Below, piece by piece: positions 61,660-64,000 of a DNA stretch of 64,000 nt. Made by a program: the position numbers and the translations under genes. The notes beneath the pieces were generated by a model. The model was not told the origin of the DNA, did not search any database, and saw nothing but the letters and a program-made list of their open reading frames with translations. This DNA is from Carcharhinus amblyrhynchos (lineage: Eukaryota). Position 1 is the stretch's first letter, and each line of letters begins with the position of its first letter. The stretch is taken from NCBI GenBank assembly GCA_965287045.1, contig OZ336877.1:112158001-112222000 (forward strand), given 5' to 3'.

Positions 61660-63125
61660 TGAATCATCGATAGTTACGGGTGAAGTGCCTCAAATTGGAG
61701 GTTGGCAAATGTTGTGCCTTTGTTTAAAAAGGGCTGCAGGGAAAAGCTTGGGAACTACAGGCCAGTGAGCCTCACATCTGTGGAGGGTAAGTTGATGGAA
61801 GGTATTTTGAGAGACAGGATCTACAGACATTTACAGAGGCAAGGACTGATTAGGGACAGTCAGCATGGCTTTGTGAGTAGAAAATCATGTCTCACAAATA
61901 TGATTGAGTTTTTTGAAGGGGTAACCAAGAAGATAGATGAGGGCAGTGCGGTTGATGTTGTCTACATGGACTTTAGCAAGGCCCTTGACAAGGTACCGCA
62001 TGGTAGGTTGTTGCATAGAGTTAAATCTCACAGGACCCAGGGTGAGATATCTAAATGAATACAAAATTGGCTTCTTGACAGAAGCCAGAGGGTGGTTGTA
62101 GAGGATTGTTTTTTTAAACTGGAGGCCTGTGACCAGCGGTCTGCCTCAGGGATCAGTGCTGGTTATTTGTCATTTATATTAATGATTTGGATGAGAATAT
62201 AGGAGGCATGGTTAATAAGTTTGCAGATGACACCAAAATTGGATCGTGAAGAAAGTTATCTCTGATTGCAACGAGATATTGATCAATTGGGCCAGTGGGC
62301 TGACGAATGGCAGATGGAGTTTAATTTAGATAAATGTGAGGTGATGAATTTTGATAGTTTGAACCAGGGCAGGACTTACTCAGTTAATGGTAGGGCGTTG
62401 AGGAGAGTTACAGAACAAAGAGATCGTGGAATACACGTTCATAGCTCTTTGAAAGTGGAGCCACAGATGGACAGAGTGATGAAGAAGACATTCAGCATGC
62501 TTGGTTTCATTGGTCAGAACATTGAATACAGGAGTTGGGACATCTTGTTGAAGTTGTACAAGACATTGGTAAGGCCACATTTGGAATACTGTGTACAGTT
62601 CTGGTCACCCTATTATAGAAAGGATATTATTAAACTGGAGAGAGTGCAGAAAAGATTTACTAGGATGCCACTGGGACTTGATAGATTGAGTTATAAGGAG
62701 AGGTTGGATAGACTGGGATTTTTTTTCTCTGGAGCGTAGGAGGGGTGATTTTATAGAGGTCTATAAAATAATGAGGGGCATAGATCAGTTAGATAGTCAA
62801 TATCTTTTCCCAAAGGTAGGGGTGTCTAAAACTAAAGGGTATAGGTTTAAGGTGAGGGGGGAAACTTACAAAATTGTCCAGAGGGGAAATTTTTCACACA
62901 CAGGATGGTGAGTATCTGGAATAAGCTCCAGAGGTAGTAGTAGAGGCAGGTACAATTTTGCCTTTTAAAAAGCATTTAGACAGTTACATGGGTAAGATGG
63001 CTGTAGTGGGATATGGACCAAATATGGGCAATTGGGATTAGCTTAGGCGTTTTAAAGAAAAGGCAGCATGGACAAATTAGCCAAAGGGCCCCTTTCTGTA
63101 CTGTAAACCTTGATGACTTCTCAAA
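61660..63125 (+). mobile_element. Decayed CR1 (RT to tail)
   Basis: ANVVPLFKKG...NYRPVSLTS...YMDFSKALDKVPH...VRPHLEYCVQFWSP. Confidence 0.93.
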
Positions 63126-63199
63126 CATGACAATACAAAGCAAAATTCACAAAGTTCTATAATTATAGTGTAAGCAGATGTTGAGCAAGTTCACTTTAG

Positions 63200-63640
63200 G
63201 CAATAAGATATTGGAGCAGTATTAGGCCATTCGGTCCATCGGGTCTGCTCCACCATTCAACCGTGGCTGCTATGTTTCACAACCCAATTCTCCAGGCTTT
63301 TCCTTGTAAACTTTGTTCCCTGTACCAATCAAGAACCTATCTATCTCTGCCTTAAATACACTCAATGGCCTGGCCTCCCCAGCCTTCTGGGCAATTAATT
63401 CCACAGATTCACCACTCTCTAGCTGAAGAAATTCCTCCTTATTTTTGTTCTAAAATCTGAGGCTGTTCCCTCAGATCCTAGTCTCTCCCACTAATAGAAA
63501 CATCTTCCCCACATCCACTCTATCCTGGCCTTTCAGTGTTCTGTAAGTTTCAATGAGATTCCCCCCCCTCCCTGTCCCCACCCTTCTAAACCCCATCGAG
63601 TACAAATCCAGAGTCCTCAGACGATCCAAATACTTCATTT
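63200..63640 (-). mobile_element. Decayed CR1 3' fragment
   Basis: ggagcagtattaggccattcggtccatcgggtctgctccaccattcaa tail, followed by antisense C-terminal coding remnant. Confidence 0.85.
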
Positions 63641-64000
63641 GAGAAGCTTCTGAGGACCCATTTGCAGTTGGTTAATGTGCATTTTCCACATTATTTACTC
63701 AAAGACAAAGCTTTACAGGAATATATGAGATCACCGGGTGTTGTTATTTATATAAAAGGCAGCAATGCAAAAACACTTAGATTGTTTAAAAAATTCACAA
63801 TCTCACTCAGTTCTTTTTCTAACTCAGTTACAGTTGTGGCCAAACAGGCCACTAAAGATGGTGGTTGCAAAGCATGATGGGATAAGATGGCCAAGTGTGT
63901 GTAAAGAATAAAACAAACAGACGACAGCCCCAAATGAATCTGAGCCCCAGCCTTAGACATCAGGAATACACAGGAAATAGACCATCCTGAAGACAATGGA

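Noticed and set aside
63748-63996. 82-aa minus ORF with helical-looking TELEKELSEIVNFL
   Set aside because: Only a vague resemblance to a hAT transposase or coiled coil; no motif I can support, and it is at the window edge.
1-64000. CRISPR arrays, rRNA/tRNA genes or prokaryotic systems
   Set aside because: No regularly spaced repeats or operons; tRNA-like segments are SINE heads; the sequence is eukaryotic.

Overview
Vertebrate genomic DNA, almost certainly from a shark, judging by dense CR1/HER1-type LINEs and HE1-like V-SINEs. The only host gene I can support is PPP4R1 (protein phosphatase 4 regulatory subunit 1) on the minus strand. Coding exons 1-11 can be traced with GT-AG boundaries and a continuous reading frame, from the ATG at 44232 down to 5214; exon 12 onward appears to lie left of the window. 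Nearly all other ORFs belong to transposon debris: CR1 LINEs (two young, 5'-truncated ~2.58 kb copies), one RTE LINE with an 8-bp TSD, Rex1/Babar and L2 remnants, two SINE families, MITE-like elements and an LTR-like element. The most interesting observations are: (1) an in-frame 12-nt microexon candidate (AYPE) in PPP4R1 intron 8 with strong splice signals and a downstream TGCATG; (2) two families of short repeats carrying decayed minimal hammerhead-ribozyme cores; (3) a CR1 with an unusually long 3' UTR containing a G-U-rich rod structure and a V-SINE core; (4) a ~250-bp-arm foldback in intron 10; (5) two independent young CR1 copies truncated at the same codon. Repeat boundaries are by eye and approximate, family names come from recalled motifs, and no database search was run.
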